Source: Oikopleura dioica (Eukaryota > Animalia > Chordata). Taken from it: a stretch of 64,000 bases of DNA. Shown here piece by piece: positions 63,976 to 64,000 of the stretch (within the stretch, counting starts at the first letter, position 1; the number at the start of each line of letters is the position of its first letter). Under the pieces are notes generated by a model. It saw nothing but the letters and a program-made list of their open reading frames with translations, did not search any database and was not told the origin of the DNA. The translations under genes were made by a program, and so were the position numbers. The stretch lies in assembly GCA_907165135.1 (NCBI GenBank), contig OU015568.1:9858001-9922000 (forward strand), written 5' to 3'.

Positions 63976-64000
63976 CCTAGTCGCGGACTGTAACGTTACG

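Overview
Compact eukaryotic genomic DNA. It is gene-dense, with many 40-100 bp introns, frequent GC/GA splice donors and an AG acceptor just upstream of several start codons. This is most consistent with the larvacean tunicate Oikopleura dioica (inference). Spliced genes reconstructed by eye, in order: a coiled-coil CaaX protein with an antisense myristoylated RING gene nested in its last intron, XRN1, TCERG1, a PWWP protein, a Fos/ATF3-like bZIP, an ASIC/DEG-ENaC channel, a SETD4-like methyltransferase, a K2P channel, a catalytically dead secreted PLA2-like protein, MCU, THG1L, PKA RII, PGPEP1, a nucleotidyltransferase-glucuronokinase fusion, an eh1/Q50 homeobox, DNA polymerase kappa, a PH-domain protein and the 3' end of RFC1. 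The most unusual element is a 4.2-kb Ty3/gypsy-type LTR retroelement with identical LTRs. Its long open frame encodes Gag and protease plus only remnants of pol (no RT core, no integrase core). Three different intronic non-autonomous DNA elements are also present: a TTAA/Kolobok-like MITE, a ~590-bp foldback, and a 612-bp element with a 7-bp TSD. Several single-base homopolymer frameshifts look like long-read assembly errors. Exon boundaries are manual and unverified.
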